Source of the DNA: Tubiluchus corallicola
Lineage: Eukaryota > Animalia > Priapulida
DNA length: 64,000 bases
Reading direction: 5' to 3'
Assembly (NCBI GenBank): GCA_030141605.1
Contig: JAQGDQ010000366.1
Span: 124,537-188,536 of the forward strand
Shown: positions 36,401 to 48,817 of the stretch, one piece after another
Numbering within the stretch: position 1 is the stretch's first letter
Layout: each line of letters starts with the position of its first letter
Made by a program: the position numbers and the translations under genes
Notes under the pieces: model-generated
What the model was told of the DNA's origin: nothing
The model's input: only the letters and a program-made list of their open reading frames with translations
Database searches by the model: none

Positions 36401-39259
36401 CTGGTACTTAGGACACTGTTTATACAATAATCAATGACAATCTTTGAAACCTAATGATCCAGGTGCTTGTGCATAATCAAACAAGCACAGCTTATCAAAA
36501 CGTCTGGTCATATAGATCATATTATGTGTTGTGCATCACATTTCAATATGGCTAATAAATAATATTGATCAGCTTCATGAGTTCAGTCTTATGTCATCAG
36601 AAATGACGCCTTTTTGTATTCGCTACCTGGAACTTAATAAGGTTGTACTTGTTGAAACGGGGGCCTAAAAAATCGGGTGAAATTCTAAGAATTCGGGCGA
36701 GGAATCCTCTGCCCACCCCCCAAATTCAGCAGCCCCGTACTCCTATGCCTGCCCGGTTTTAACATACCTGAGCGCTTAAAGCACTTTCCCGAATTTCCTT
36801 CTTCTTTGCTTGGAGGCGATTTCTTCTCTGCCTTCTCTTGTCCCGTTGACTGTGGTTCTTCTCCTGTTCTCGTTCACCTGCCATGCGCATGAGCACGTCG
36901 TCAATGCGTCCGTCTCTGTGCTTTGTGTCTGATCCAGAGGACCTACCTAAAAGTGTAGAAACAGACATACGGTTACCGGTGGCATCAAAGTCATTCAAAA
37001 TTGTTCGTTAATCTTTGCGGTTATGCAGCACTAACAGTTTGTTCCAAATGTCCACAAAACCGGTTTCCAGACATTCATACGTCATAGTTTCGACTGATAG
37101 CCACAAAGCAAAATGACAACAGTGGTAGGTCAAAACAATCTTCTCATCAAAACAATCTTCTCATTAAAATATTGAATGGAAACGCACTATTCTTTCAAAA
37201 ATGACTTACGTGAAAGAATTATTACCGCATAAACACAATTTCAAGTTCGTGGGACTAGTTCTTCACTGTTACATGAATTTCGCCATTCGTTAGCGCCTGC
37301 ACTTCGGAAATGTATTGCACAAAAAACAGGTGCTGTACCTCTCAGTCCAGATGTGTTAGTTTGTTACTAACTAAACACGTTCGACAGCTCATGCGTGAAT
37401 TCGACAGCGGTAAATTAGAAATTTGAATTTTCATCTTAAAACTTGCCTAGTTTTAGTACAACACACTGAATATCTTACAGCAGCGCTGCACTTCAATTTT
37501 TGCTGTTGAAAATTATGTTAGTTTGTGATGCTGTTAATTAAGATTTTAATCTATTATTTAACTATCAGAAATGCTTTTGCAGTATTTTTGTTGTTAAAAC
37601 GTTTGCTTTTTATCGGACTTGAAAATGGGGTGGTAGTGTATGAAAAATCATCCTGTTTTCCTTTAAAGAATCTGTCGCAAACACGACAAAGACATAAAAA
37701 TCAAAACACGTTTTGCTAAAACCAGTTATGCACTTAGCCGTTACCTGCAGTCTTCTCTGGAGATTCGTCCACCACTGTTTGTTGATCGGACGTACCAGAG
37801 GGTTGTGAGGAAGTTCCAACATCGCCTTCGTCGTCTTCAATTTCACCGTCTTCAAGCATCTCACCTTCTTCTAATTCGCTGATCCTGCAAGCAGAATTGA
37901 AAAGAAACTTGCTTGAGTAAAATTCACAGACCTGTGCCATATTTCTGACTTCTTTCCAACAAATAGCCTTCCCTTTTCCATTACTGGAAACAATTAATGA
38001 ATGTCAATGATAAGAAAATCACACTGCCATTCCACAATAGTAGGCTCCAATCAGTGACATCAAATTCAGTCATGTTCAACCACGTACTTACTAGCTAATC
38101 AATATACCACTTACATTTATTATTCCATTATTCCTCCTGACAGGGATTTAACATTTTCATTACAACAAAGTCACTTCAGCTGGAAAGAAATTTAACCCAA
38201 AGTATGCATAGCAGAGGTTCCCAACACGGGGGGGGGGGGGATTCCCCCCTGGAGGGGGGAATGAGCCACCTCCAGGGGCAAATCGATGGGTGGAAAAATA
38301 AAAAAAAATGCATTTTTCATTTTGTTTGTGGGCTGGGCGAACGAGAATCAGCAGCCTTCAAAAGGGGGGAACGGGCCAAAAAAGGTTGGGACCCACTGAT
38401 GTATAGCCTCAGTTTGGTGCCTAAATGGATACGCGCGCATCGTGCATCTCAGGTGCTTGCTAAGGGCAGTTTCAATCTCCATAGTGATCCTGCTTGTAAA
38501 CCTCATAGACAGAGGATGTATAGTTAAACAAACCTCTAGCAGGCCAGTTCAGTGGCTTATCTTTGAAGATTGCACTTACTAATCACCTAGGTTCCAGTCT
38601 CGTCACAAACATTGTGTTGAGTAGGCCTGCCACGGAATGATGTGAGGTACAGTGGCTTTTTTTATCTTACCACAGTCCATGTGTATTACTTCTTACTATA
38701 ATGTATTAGTTTGCTAAAACAATTAATTGTAAACAGCAACTCTGAATCCATTTTTTATTAACTAAATTAGTCTTTAACTTTGAGGTCACGAGTATCTTAA
38801 TTAATGCAAATTGTTCAATAATGTTCAATCTGCACTCGATACAGATTTTGTGAACATTTGAAGGTTCTACGTGAAACAAGTACTAATGTTCAGATAAGTG
38901 GTGCAGAAGTCCCCTCTTCTATAAGGATAGGGGCCAAGAACAACTTAAAATTACAACAATTATTATAACTCGTGTCAAATAGCTACATTTAACAAAGATA
39001 GGGTATTTAGAAAGTAACCTTATAAGGCAGAATAAAATCTCTTTTTATTTGTAATTTAAATTAAATTCTTATTTATATTCACGTTGGGAAGCAGAATATT
39101 ATTACGTAGTGTAACAACTTTATGTTCAAAATGAATGGTGTGATTTCAAAATGATAAAAATTGGTGATCATAATTATTATCAAATTTGTTCATATAAATA
39201 AATAAAACTGATTATAGCTAGTTGACGCGGTAGTCTGCAAATTTGATCGCTTACGTCAT
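26091..39259 (-). CDS. ZC3H4: Zinc finger CCCH domain-containing protein 4/6 ortholog (Su(sable)-like, restrictor complex subunit), 14 coding exons, ~1333 aa
   Basis: Phase-compatible exons (5' to 3'): 39255-39259, 37745-37884, 36768-36946, 35136-35264, 34067-34299, 33682-33835, 33065-33223, 32738-32849, 30971-31077, 30411-30580, 29994-30190, 28928-29884, 28698-28807, 26091-27440 (sum 4002 nt). Family motifs: ELEEGE.LEDGEIEDD, three CCCH fingers, LLPTPP, LPSLLDLDVKPT, WYSESDE, DPR motifs, terminal VFKSVDPTASPFL*. Confidence 0.9.
27600..28280 (-). mobile_element. Degraded 3' end of a CR1/L2-group LINE in the last intron
   Basis: Minus strand shows frameshifted ..IKF.PLWNNIPRDVRLSK.. typical of the post-RT C-terminus, then an AATAAA/TTTGAA-type tail at ~27600-27630. 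Confidence 0.5.
28291..28661. mobile_element. Tigger/pogo-like MITE
   Basis: TA|CAGTCGACCCTCGTTAAACCGGAC ... GTCCGGTTTAACGAGGGTTTACTG|TA. Confidence 0.88.
28698..28807 (-). CDS. ZC3H4: ZC3H4-like exon 13
   Basis: DVERMTKDAAAEWYSESDEDGDDKPLTSTLQQVRKEN, AG/GT bounded, phase 1-0. Confidence 0.85.
28928..29884 (-). CDS. ZC3H4: ZC3H4-like exon 12 (NQGPG repeats, DPR motifs, QRQLFLRIKQQQ)
   Basis: 957 nt inside ORF 28863..29927; ttttag acceptor and gtgagc donor, phase 1-1. Confidence 0.9.
29994..30190 (-). CDS. ZC3H4: ZC3H4-like exon 11 (RG/RGR-rich)
   Basis: PSFYKENDS..ARGRGRSGRGRGRGSRG..; phase 2-1, gtaagc donor. Confidence 0.85.
30411..30580 (-). CDS. ZC3H4: ZC3H4-like exon 10
   Basis: LLESEE..KKPSLLPTPP..QLPSLLDLDVKPTTMKP; phase 0-2, gtaagt donor. 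Confidence 0.87.
30971..31077 (-). CDS. ZC3H4: ZC3H4-like exon 9 (third CCCH finger)
   Basis: DYPCRYFHTNGECFQKNCRFSHEPLTAEGKLVLGK; phase 1-0. Confidence 0.92.
31078..32737 (-). other. U12-type (minor spliceosome) GT-AG intron
   Basis: 5' splice site GTATCCTTT; branch site TTCTCCTTGAC (31090-31100) 12 nt before the end of the intron; no long polypyrimidine tract. Confidence 0.88.
31539..32023. mobile_element. Tigger/pogo-derived MITE (deletion derivative of the 55098-55680 family)
   Basis: TA|CAGCAGTACCTCTGTTTTCGACCATAATTCGTTCC ... GGAGGTATGACTG; colinear with 55098-55680. Confidence 0.8.
32738..32849 (-). CDS. ZC3H4: ZC3H4-like exon 8 (end of finger 1 and finger 2)
   Basis: GRDCPFSHDVIPPRKLELCKFFLSDQCMKGKHCIYMH; phase 0-1. 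Confidence 0.93.
33065..33223 (-). CDS. ZC3H4: ZC3H4-like exon 7 (start of finger 1)
   Basis: MFLRGRGP..QEKKSVCKYFMEGKCNK; phase 0-0. Confidence 0.92.
33300..33662. repeat. Degenerate ~36-bp tandem repeat filling most of intron 6
   Basis: AAAATGCTAGTGTGAACCAGCCATTAGTGAAGTAA-like units, ~9-10 copies. Confidence 0.8.
33682..33835 (-). CDS. ZC3H4: ZC3H4-like exon 6 (acidic)
   Basis: HHRHSDEEERPPRSKRK..EEDDYTHLLKRE; phase 2-0. Confidence 0.85.
34067..34299 (-). CDS. ZC3H4: ZC3H4-like exon 5
   Basis: KKKKKKKVVEEEPEEEEEE..DPYADYIKK..SPQRRRRRHH; phase 0-2. Confidence 0.85.
34438..35059. mobile_element. Tigger/pogo-like MITE, intact 622-bp copy
   Basis: TA|CAGTCTAATCTCGTTATCTCGCC ... GGCGAGATAACGAGGTCAGACTG|TA; a second, inverted and split copy lies at 61394-62669. 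Confidence 0.9.
35136..35264 (-). CDS. ZC3H4: ZC3H4-like exon 4
   Basis: RDFILKERDVRMYRGEPTSDLDELLESIDPDENGMQDVKSKPK; phase 0-0, AG/GT bounded. Confidence 0.75.
35833..36747. mobile_element. hAT-type non-autonomous element
   Basis: Imperfect TIRs CATTGGCGAACGGGG / CCCCGTACTCCTATG with an 8-bp TSD CTTGCCCG / CCTGCCCG. Confidence 0.75.
36768..36946 (-). CDS. ZC3H4: ZC3H4-like exon 3
   Basis: GRSSGSDTKHRDGRIDDVLMRMAGEREQEK..ESALSAQ; phase 1-0. Confidence 0.82.
37745..37884 (-). CDS. ZC3H4: ZC3H4-like exon 2
   Basis: ISELEEGEMLEDGEIEDDEGDVG..EKTA; phase 2-1; the ELEEGE/EDGE motif is typical of the family N-terminus. Confidence 0.87.
38212..38398. mobile_element. hAT (Charlie-like) MITE
   Basis: CAGAGGTTCCCAAC ... 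GTTGGGACCCACTG with an 8-bp TSD ATGCATAG / ATGTATAG. Confidence 0.82.
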
Positions 39260-39420
39260 TCACAAGACGCTGCCATTATGACGCTGGAGGGTAAACTGGC
39301 AGCCAGGAACAGTTTAATGGAAAAATACAATCTCAAAGCCGTTGCACTTGTTCGCGGAGGTACCACTGTGTGATGCGGCTGCGCGCAGCATGACGTTCTT
39401 GGACAATCAGAATCGAAATT
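39255..39420 (-). promoter_or_regulatory. Probable first exon and core promoter of the ZC3H4-like gene (coding ATGAC|gtaagc at 39259-39255)
   Basis: Locally CpG-rich; YY1-like AATGGCAGC near the start; TGACG and CAAT-like motifs upstream; the GTAAGC donor gives phase 2, matching exon 2. Confidence 0.55.
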
Positions 39421-42400
39421 TACGGGGGTGGGTACCAATACTTATGTACGAGTACTGCAGAATTACCAATGCTAATCGTGTGAATGGATTATTGCTTTGA
39501 TGAACTTGGTAACCATCAATTTAGTGCAACGGATTTCATTTCGTGTAATATAGCTCACATTTACAAGCGATTAAAATTCTTAAAGTTACTGGTAGTACAG
39601 ACAGCCGGCCCCCACGACCAAAGAATGTCCTACATTCCTAATTTTATACAATTTCAAATCAGCAAGGCTGATAAGCAAGTAAAAACTACCTTGTTGTAAG
39701 CTTGTAAATGGGCCGTTGTGCTCCAGTGGCCATATTTTACAGAAATCCATGTAATTATGTTTTCACTGATTTGCTGTAATTTTGTTAAACTAGGGTTATT
39801 ATGCACTAACTAGTACTAAAAAGACAATAACTTATTATGAAAAATTAAATATTACGTGGCCGTTTTGAACACTTTTACATAATTTTTATAAAAATTATAG
39901 AATAAACCAAATCATAACAATTAATCTTTACCATAAAATGGTAGTAAACAGGGGAAGAATTTATTTAACAGCCCCTCAAAAATAACAGGTCGCATTAAAT
40001 TTGCTTATCGTATTATGCTTATTTTAACATATCATTACCCCTCCCTGCACGGTCTCCTATCCAGATACAACAATAGATTTTTACTGCTTCTATTACTTTA
40101 TTATTATTATTTCAGTATATATAAACTGCTTTCAGCAACCTTCAGCACCAGACCAATTAAAATTGGAATTTGGAAAAGGAGAAGCAATGTAAACAAATAG
40201 GGAAATAAAGCATTTCATTCAACTAGAAGAAAAATTGCACATTTCGAATAAAGTCGACAGCTGTAATTTATTAAAAAAGCGTTAGTTTGTGTTCATTGAA
40301 GCTTAATGAATGGTGGCTTTCCCAAAAGGCAACATCAGTGCATTAATGTGCCTAGCGACACACATTGATAAAAAGAGGAAACATTATAACTGGGTACGCC
40401 TTTAACACGTTAAAAACGCCACAAGAAAACTTGCACCAACGAAAAGGAGGCCAATCAACTTACGTACAACAATGAGCAACTTAAACGGATTGGTGCAAAA
40501 TGATGGAAATGCACTCGATTAACTTTTAATGGTTAATATTTAGGAAAAGTCTGATATATATATATATATATATCATCGCTCAGACAGACAACGCCAATGC
40601 TCAAGGGTTAAGTAAGGTTGAAAGTGGTGAGGACGCCAAGAGAAACTGAGTTCATATAACAAATTTGCCAGTGACAAAAACAATGATGTTGCTATTCTTC
40701 TCGAATCGAGTGACGTTCTAGTTTTCAAGGAAATAATAGAGAATTCCACAAATAAGAAGCTCGAGGGGGAAAATGGGCTTGCAAACTGCTGTGTACATCT
40801 AGGAATGTCGTGGGTAAACCTATGAAAAGCAAGATAGAGTACTACGAAACAAACAGTGACGAGAGGTCCTGACACGGAATATATATGTAGCCAGATTCTA
40901 AACACTTGCCCGGCATTGTTTACGCTGAGTAATCGATGTTGAAAGCAGGTGGGAAGGTATGAAATGAAAGTTTTCGGTTGTTGGAAGGACATATCTAATG
41001 ACACATTTGATTTCATTTTAAAATGCAGGCAGTGATTGTTCATCGGGTCGCCCAAACATTAACTATATGCATAATATTGATCGACTTAAAACAACCTCTC
41101 GAGTCCAAGCATTATCTCGTAGCTTTATGAAGCCCTCTGGCAATAACTGCTGCGCGAATTGTTGCTACGATCGAAGCCGAAACTAGGAGCGTTATCATTA
41201 TTATGAACAGCAGGTACAACGAAATTCAATACAGCATCGTTTTGCACTGCTGAAACTCAAGCTACACATTTACGATTACGGGAAACATTTGCATGAAATA
41301 AAGGACAATATTATTACCTGTATCTATAGTACATCACGTATGTGACAGCACAACCAATATAATATAATATAGATTAAGAAATTGGCATAATCAGGTCGAT
41401 AAACTTTTCCATACCGAGCATTATAGCGTGTTTCTAAAGAACGGTTTCTTTTTTGGCGCGTCAAAAAAATTATAGGGACTGGCGCCTACAGATACAATTT
41501 ACGATTTTTGACATTCAAAACTGCTTACAAGACTTACCTCAACGGTATCGCCATGTACTAAAATCAATATTGATCTAATAAACGTTGCGCTAATTTTAAA
41601 TTTTTAAAAAGCCAGTGAAATTTAGACGTGAATGGGGCACTGGTTGAAACTACGTCAAAGCTAGGAATCCAATAAACCTTAGAAAGTCACAAAATAGTGT
41701 GCAAAGGATTTAGGCAAGCTAGAAGAAATTCGAAGCTAAACAACTTGAATTCCGCTAATCATAAGACTGTCAAATAGGCCCTTTAGATGCTGCGTAATGC
41801 AGGCCACATACTCTGAAGGCCTTATTTTATGCATCACGTAAAACACAAAAACTCAGTCGTTCACCCAAATATAATGGCAATCCACAAAAAAGAAAATCGT
41901 TAATATTTCTGTATGGGGTGCAAAATTCCAAAACTCGTACAATAGGATTACCTAAATTCGAGATACCACAGGCGCTATTTTTCCAAAGACCGAACTCTCA
42001 ACCCTCCCATGTGCGTACAGCGATACACAGATGCTATTTTCAGCATAACAAACAAGTGAATCATTAATATCCAGTTCGTACTGCATTCGAGTTTGTTGCC
42101 TAGCTTCTACACTAAGTAAAGCTATCGTGTTCGTCTCGATACTGAGTGTTTGTTAGAACCATGCAATGAAGGGCGAAAAAGTAGTTCCGTAAAACATCAG
42201 TGAGCTCGCCATTCGTTATTCCAGCAAGGTTACAAGCTTACCCTGCAACTTACATTGCAAAATCGATTCCAGCTGTCACATATAAATTCAGCTATAGCTA
42301 CGTAATGAATTATGAACTACGTCAACAAGAATGCAGCTAGACAAACCTGTTTCACGTACTAGATTGCAGCAGTCGAAAATCTGCAGAATTTAGAAAGTCA

Positions 42401-45400
42401 TTTCCATAACCTTAACTAGCTTCTTACCTTAGACAAGCAAATCGATTAACAATTTACCCTAACGTTAGTGCAAACAAATTTCTAAACTCTTTTACACCTG
42501 AATATATAACCAGAAATGTTTTCGATTAAAATAAGAAAAACTGTCGTGACATTTACATGCAAATTACTCTCTCCGTTTTCTTTTCCAAACAGCACCTTGA
42601 ACAGGTCTAAACCAAGGCTTATAGTGATTTGGAAGTTGACAGGAAAGAAACTTGGTATTTTGGATACATGGTTCATGGGAAAAAAATCGATAACAAGCGG
42701 TCACGTTGATTCCCTCATTCACAATAAGATGCAATTCCGTCAACGATAACAGTTGGTATGATAGCTAAAACTGGCATATTATTGGATTGGAAAAGTATTA
42801 TGTAGGTACTACCGTCAAAAAAACACAGATCTCTCCGGCATAAAGATTCAGTGAGCGATGATCTTTGTTTGCAAGCAGTAGATAAACACAAGTTTTTTGT
42901 TATTTGGAAGTTCAGTGTCGCTTAATATTACTTATAATTCAGGACAATGGCTTTTTGGAAATTTAGGTAAAGTTAATACGTAACACTCAATTGAGCTTAC
43001 ATGTTAAAATTTTATAGATCCTCCGCTTATGTCATTACAAAATTGCACTACTAAACCATCTTGGTCTGCACAAGTAAAAGCTCTAGACTGTTACAGGCGC
43101 GGTCGATCGCAAGTTCATCGTACTAGTCTACTGTAGATATTAGTGCGCAATGTAAACCAGTTAAGACCGGTTCAGCGATCAATACAATCATGCGTAGAGC
43201 AAACGTGCTCTGTATAGATAGCAAATGCCCCGTAAAACTTACCTCCCCTTGAGAAAATGACAAAGTCCAACATACGCGTAAAATACACAAACTAGCTGTA
43301 TCATCATGACTTTTGTACAATTTTGATTTTCATATTTTGGAGCGTTAGCTTAGCCAAGTTAATTAACGAAAACGTAGTAATGACAAGATAAAAAAAGGCA
43401 AGTTTTAGTCCACAGAAGAATAGCTAAAAATGGAGAGTCACCATTTAAATAGCAAAAAGAAAAACATTTGCATGATGCTTCCCCATTTTTTTGGAAATTG
43501 TCGCATTTAAACGTTACAAAATTTATAAAATCGGACAATGTATCAATTTGTTAACGCAGAGCCGTACTGTTAGTTCAAACAGACCTTCTATGATTATCGA
43601 AATCGTCTTTGTTTGATTCACTCCCACCAAGTAGTGGAGGGGGAATTGATAACACACTTTCAAGGGACATTTCACAGTTTTAAGGGCTTTACTTAGTACT
43701 AAGAGAAAATTTAAAGGTTCTTCACACTGTAGAGATGTAATTTCAAGTAAGAATTAGGCACTAAACACCGCCATTCGGCCCTTTATATCGGATTATTATT
43801 CTAACAAAATTCTGCCTCGAACGTTTCTCACGTCAGTGAAAAGGCTGATTGTGACGTCATCACAAAGGAATGTACCATTCCTTGATTATTAATTTTTATG
43901 ATTTTATATAAATTTAGAGAACAAAAAATAATGCTCTCATTGTGGTTTTTAATCTTTCTATTTGATTAAACAATTTAATAAAAAGTATCAATTTAGCAAT
44001 ATAAATAAAACCACAAAATTTGATGAGATTTTGATCGGAATCAATAAATTTAATCTAGCTTTTTATTGAACAGCTATCAATTAGTTAAAACGAAAAATTA
44101 ATTATTAGACATCTGATTATCAGTTTTGCATCCTTTAGTGGTTTGACAACCTTGTGTGTCCAAAAATTTTTGTATTTTTTTTAAATTTAATTCTCTGTTT
44201 TGCTTTTGACAAAACTTTGATTACATCTCGAATGGAAACTTTACTTTTCCTAACTTTTGCTAATGGCGTCACGCAGTCAGTTATACACAAAAAGGTTTGT
44301 GGCACGAATTGACTTTCTGTGTGAGTTGAAGTAATAAAATTAAATAATCACATTGAAATGGGAATAATCTCTGACCGTGAAGTTTTTTACCAATATTTGT
44401 GAGTCTGTACGAAGTGGGGAAAGAATGTATGGTAAATACTGGAGGCAGGCTGCAACTCTCTGTTGATTAGTGATTATGGGTTGACATGAAATTTTGCAAT
44501 AATTTTCAAATCGTGTTCTCAATGATTCGTGAAATTCTGCCAATTTGAACAACGTGGAAATTCTATGATGCCAGCCTTTTGTGTTGCTTATATTTATAAA
44601 TGCTCAAATCGGGCAAAAAAGGTTCAAAAATATCTTTTTATAGGTAATTACTACTAAGTAATAGCATTATTAATTATATCTTCATTTACACAAGACAGCA
44701 CTGTCGCATTATTAACTCCTTCATGACAATGGATATGTGGGTGGTTTTCAGAGATGGCTGATTATAAAAACGCCTGATCCGATTCCGATTATTGCTCTCC
44801 ACCAGATCCAGATATCTGATCATATCCGATTATTTCAGATTTATATCTTTTTAATTTGACAGTCGTTTTCAGATTCAGATATAGTTTACTTCCAAATTAG
44901 TACAATAATAAGTTGCTTAAATGTGGAAAAAGGATAGTGAAAGACTGAAAGAGGTCCTCACGTCAAACCATCCGTTTGTTTGTGCGTTTGTCTTCAGCTT
45001 AATTTGTCGTAAGAATTTCTTCTGCAAACTTCAAGTTAATTTAAGTGGAAAAGCAGCGAAAAGTGGTTGATTCGTTAACCTATATGCTTTTTCCCACCCC
45101 TTCTCTTTTTGTCTTATATTTGATATTTGTTGTGTATAATGGCATGAGCTTATATGCACATATTCTGTGAAATATACTGCACTTTTTTTCTTTCTAAAAA
45201 TATATGTAAGTTAGGCAGTTTTTTTGGAAAAAATAAAAGTGTTAGAGCAAGAATTTATATGTGAATTACAAACTAAACCATGCTGCGTACAAATCGGCAA
45301 CAACGTGGTATCTACTAACTACTAGTTTCAATAGAGCACGTGAATCAGTTCAAGAAGCTGCTTTACTGTGTCCAGCGCAAAACGAAGTGCGGGGAAAAAA

Positions 45401-46175
45401 CATGTATTACTACTGCATAGGCATTCTTTTTTCAAATTTACTGTTAACTAAATTAGCAAATCGCAAAAAGGCCAGTTATCTTAATTCACCTTTAAATACT
45501 TTGTCGAAAGTCTTTTACATCTGATTTGAGTAAATATGGTCTGTAAATGTTATAATTATAGGCATTGTTATGATGATCAAAATGTATGCCGTAGTTAATT
45601 TTTATGACACAGCCAATCACTGTGGCCTGTGAGATTGCTCAGATGCTTAGGTAATCATAACTACACGCCAGTGTTCATCTGTTCAGTGTTGGGTTCATTA
45701 CTTTTGAAAAGTATGTTGTCATGATTGCTCATTACTTTGGTAAAATTGTAATCAGATTACTCCTTACTGATTACTTTTATCAAGGGTAATCCCTTACTGA
45801 TTATACATTACTTTTGTGTGGTAGTTTGGCTTATGATGTAGCGAAAGTGTGCATCTGTTTGGCTTTTGTGAAGTCAGATCATTGCTAAGAACTACTGTAA
45901 TTTGTCTAAATCTATCATCTTTTTATTTTACTCTGCAATTTATTTAGCAAAAATTCACTGCCGTATATATAGAGTTTAGTTTTAGATGTTGAATAAATCG
46001 ATGTGAAATTTGTTATTTAAGCCTATCTAGCAAACCTACACAACATTTTTTGGTTCTAAATTTCATTCATATTTTTATATTTCCATATTCAGGTATATCT
46101 AAGTCGCCATCTATTCAAGTTGCTTGTTTGCATGCATATTATTATTATTATTATCGTATATATTAATTTTGCTGG

Positions 46176-46206
<31 letters not shown>

Positions 46207-46944
46207 ATATATTATAACCGACAAGGCTACAGCTCCAAAAACGGCACCATTCTCGATGATCAGTACATCAAACAAAAGTGCCAGACCCACAGATTTGCCA
46301 CAGGGAGTTTATTTTTCGAATCGGGCCCACCGAAAGGCATGGGAGGCAAAAAACCTCCAAAAATGGTCCTTTTTTGACCATTTTTTGCAAGAAATTGCAA
46401 AACTTATACCTCTTATTCCTAGAGAATGGGAACATGTCGGCAGCAGTGTCAGTAATGGTTAGATAGCCCATTTAACTTCAACGGTGGGTGTTATAGTCAT
46501 ATTTAGATTTTGCAGGGGGACCAAGTCGCCCTGCAACAGGCGCTTTCCCGGATCCAACTCTCAATTTTCTCAAAACTTTGGTCAAACAGCCTGCAGGAAA
46601 AATGTTCTAGCGTCCTCTGATGGAACTATCGAAAGTTTATATATAGATCTTTTGAAAGAGGCGGAACAGGGCTACACAATGATAGCTACGTTTTAGGACA
46701 CCTCCACTGTGAGGAGCTGCGATGAGTTGATTGGAGGTTCCATTTTCGGCAATTCTCACTTGGAAAACTACTGTCGCGAAGCCATTGTTCTGACGTCATC
46801 CATTATTCTCTGCTTATAACCTTATAACTTTAATTCAGCAAAAGCTGCTGCTGGCTTTGCATTATAAATGAGGACTATGTAGGATGTTCGCGTATTATTG
46901 ATTATAAGTGTATTTATTCGCAAAAGTTTTTGTGGGGCCTTTGC

Positions 46945-47004
46945 TAGTTATTATAATTAATGTTATTATTATTATTATATTATTATTATTATTATTATTA
47001 TTAT

Positions 47005-47037
<33 letters not shown>

Positions 47038-47120
47038 CACTACCACCACTACTACTACTACTACTACTATTATTAGTAGTAGTAGTTGTTGTAGTATTAT
47101 TATTATCATTATTATTATCA
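46945..47120. repeat. Compound trinucleotide microsatellite (TAT)n(TAC)n(CAC)n(TAC)n(TAG)n(TAT)n
   Basis: Direct reading; explains ORFs 46895..47137 and 46908..47150. Confidence 0.9.
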
Positions 47121-47179
47121 GCCAATACACTGTTCATAAATATTGCATGATGGATGAAAAGACTTAAACATTTTTTCAG

Positions 47180-47400
47180 GTTTCCTCACGGTGATCCTAC
47201 AAAGCTAAGCAGTGGGATACAGGCAGTTCGCTGGAAGAGCTGGAAGCTGGAGAAGGGCAAACATCTCCTCTGCAGTGCACATTTTGTAGAAAGTGACTTT
47301 GAGATCATTCAGGATCCTCGGTCTTGTCCTCGTCTCAAAAGCTCAGCTGTACCATCACCATCACTTTTTCACTTTCCTGTTCATTTACAGAAATGTGAAA
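47180..47400 (+). pseudogene. THAP zinc-finger domain exon (C-terminal half), probably a decayed THAP gene or transposon gene
   Basis: ttttcag|G TTT CCT acceptor at the typical R|FP junction; FP..AVRWKSW..LLCSAHFVESDF..PRLKSSAVPSPSLF matches the THAP CSxHF and AVP motifs; the conserved W is replaced and no clean donor or intact first exon was found. Confidence 0.6.
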
Positions 47401-48817
47401 CCATAAATTGCAAATCCATCACATATTTATAAAATCAGGCACTAAATTTCCTTTGCTTTGTATATAAATGCACTTCAGTTCTCGATTTTTAATGCACGTA
47501 AACTATGACATAATGATCGAAAAGCACATTTTAACTTGTTCATTTGATTAGAATAAATTAGTTTTGTTGCAGGCCATTCTCTGAGACCATGGGCTCTCAC
47601 ATCAGAAGGTAAAGGACTGAATAGGTAGGTGTAATTTGTGTACGAATTCCTCCCGTGTTTAGCTTGTATTCTGCATGTTGAAATGTTTAGCTCATCTCAA
47701 TTTGACGTGTTGAAACATGTTTACATTCACTTGCGTTTACGGCAGTGGCACAATGAGACCTTGTTACTGTTACTTAAAGGACAAGAAAAGGGGTACCCGA
47801 AGTAGGTTTCAGAAAAATCGCCTTAAAAAATTATATTACTTTACAGCAATTTTATGCGTATATCGTACTCGCGTTGAAAGGAATTTTCGTTTGTTTTCAT
47901 TTTAAATCTCCCGCAATACTGTTCCAAAGGCGCCATTACATGACGTCACTAAAACACGTAAATCAGGGGAAGAAAAGGCAATGTTAAATTATGACCCAAA
48001 AGACTTTCTGTGCAAATCTATATGTAACTAGACTAATAATTTAGAATGTTTGTGCCAATTGGTAAAATGTCGCTGACTCACCCTCCAGGGTGCGCCACTC
48101 ACTAACCAAAAACGTATTTTTAATCTTATTGACAAGATACAGTAATTTAAAATTTTACTTAGTTAGTGACATGTGTGCTACGAATGCTCTGATTATTTTT
48201 TCAAACTTTACAAAATGTTATCAAAACTTGTTTCAAACGACCTACCATTAAAATGGCTGCGTCTAACGGTCATCGCGGGAGTTTAAATTTACACGTTTTA
48301 TACAGCGTTACTGCCGATGCAAGCCCTGCATGCAAAAAGGTAGTATGTAAGTGGTATAAAATTTCAAGACAAATTTTTTAAGCTTTATGTAAGTGGAAGG
48401 TTTTTTTTTGTGCTTCAAGTCTTGCTGAGTATTTTTACAATGAAATCAAAACTTGCAATTTAAGACTTACTGTACCAGTATTTATGCGGCCAACTTCTAG
48501 AGAAAATTCTTTGCATAATTACACTCTTTAAGAATTTAAAGTCACGTGTAAGAAACATATAATGAAACTGTTTTCTTTACCTTGTCATTGCAGTGCAAGG
48601 GAAACAACAGTAAATCTTCCTATCCCCTATTTTGATGTGTTGCTAAGGAAATGTTCATTTTCCTTAAAATCGCTCCTTGAAATGAGTGATGACACCTGTT
48701 TGAGATGCTTCAGGTTGTCCGATGTATGTCGAACCTCTAAACTTTACAGCAGGTGGAGGGACATATTATTTGCATAATTCGTGTATATCACAATTCTCTG
48801 AGACATACCAGACGTAA

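Noticed and set aside
39256-39258. In-frame TGA after MAASCE as a selenocysteine or readthrough codon
   Set aside because: Readthrough would leave phase 1 at the donor, incompatible with phase-2 exon 2; no SECIS recognised
40573-41250. 160-aa ORF and coding-like composition
   Set aside because: No recognisable domain or consistent splice frame; possibly an ancient retroelement remnant but I cannot support a call
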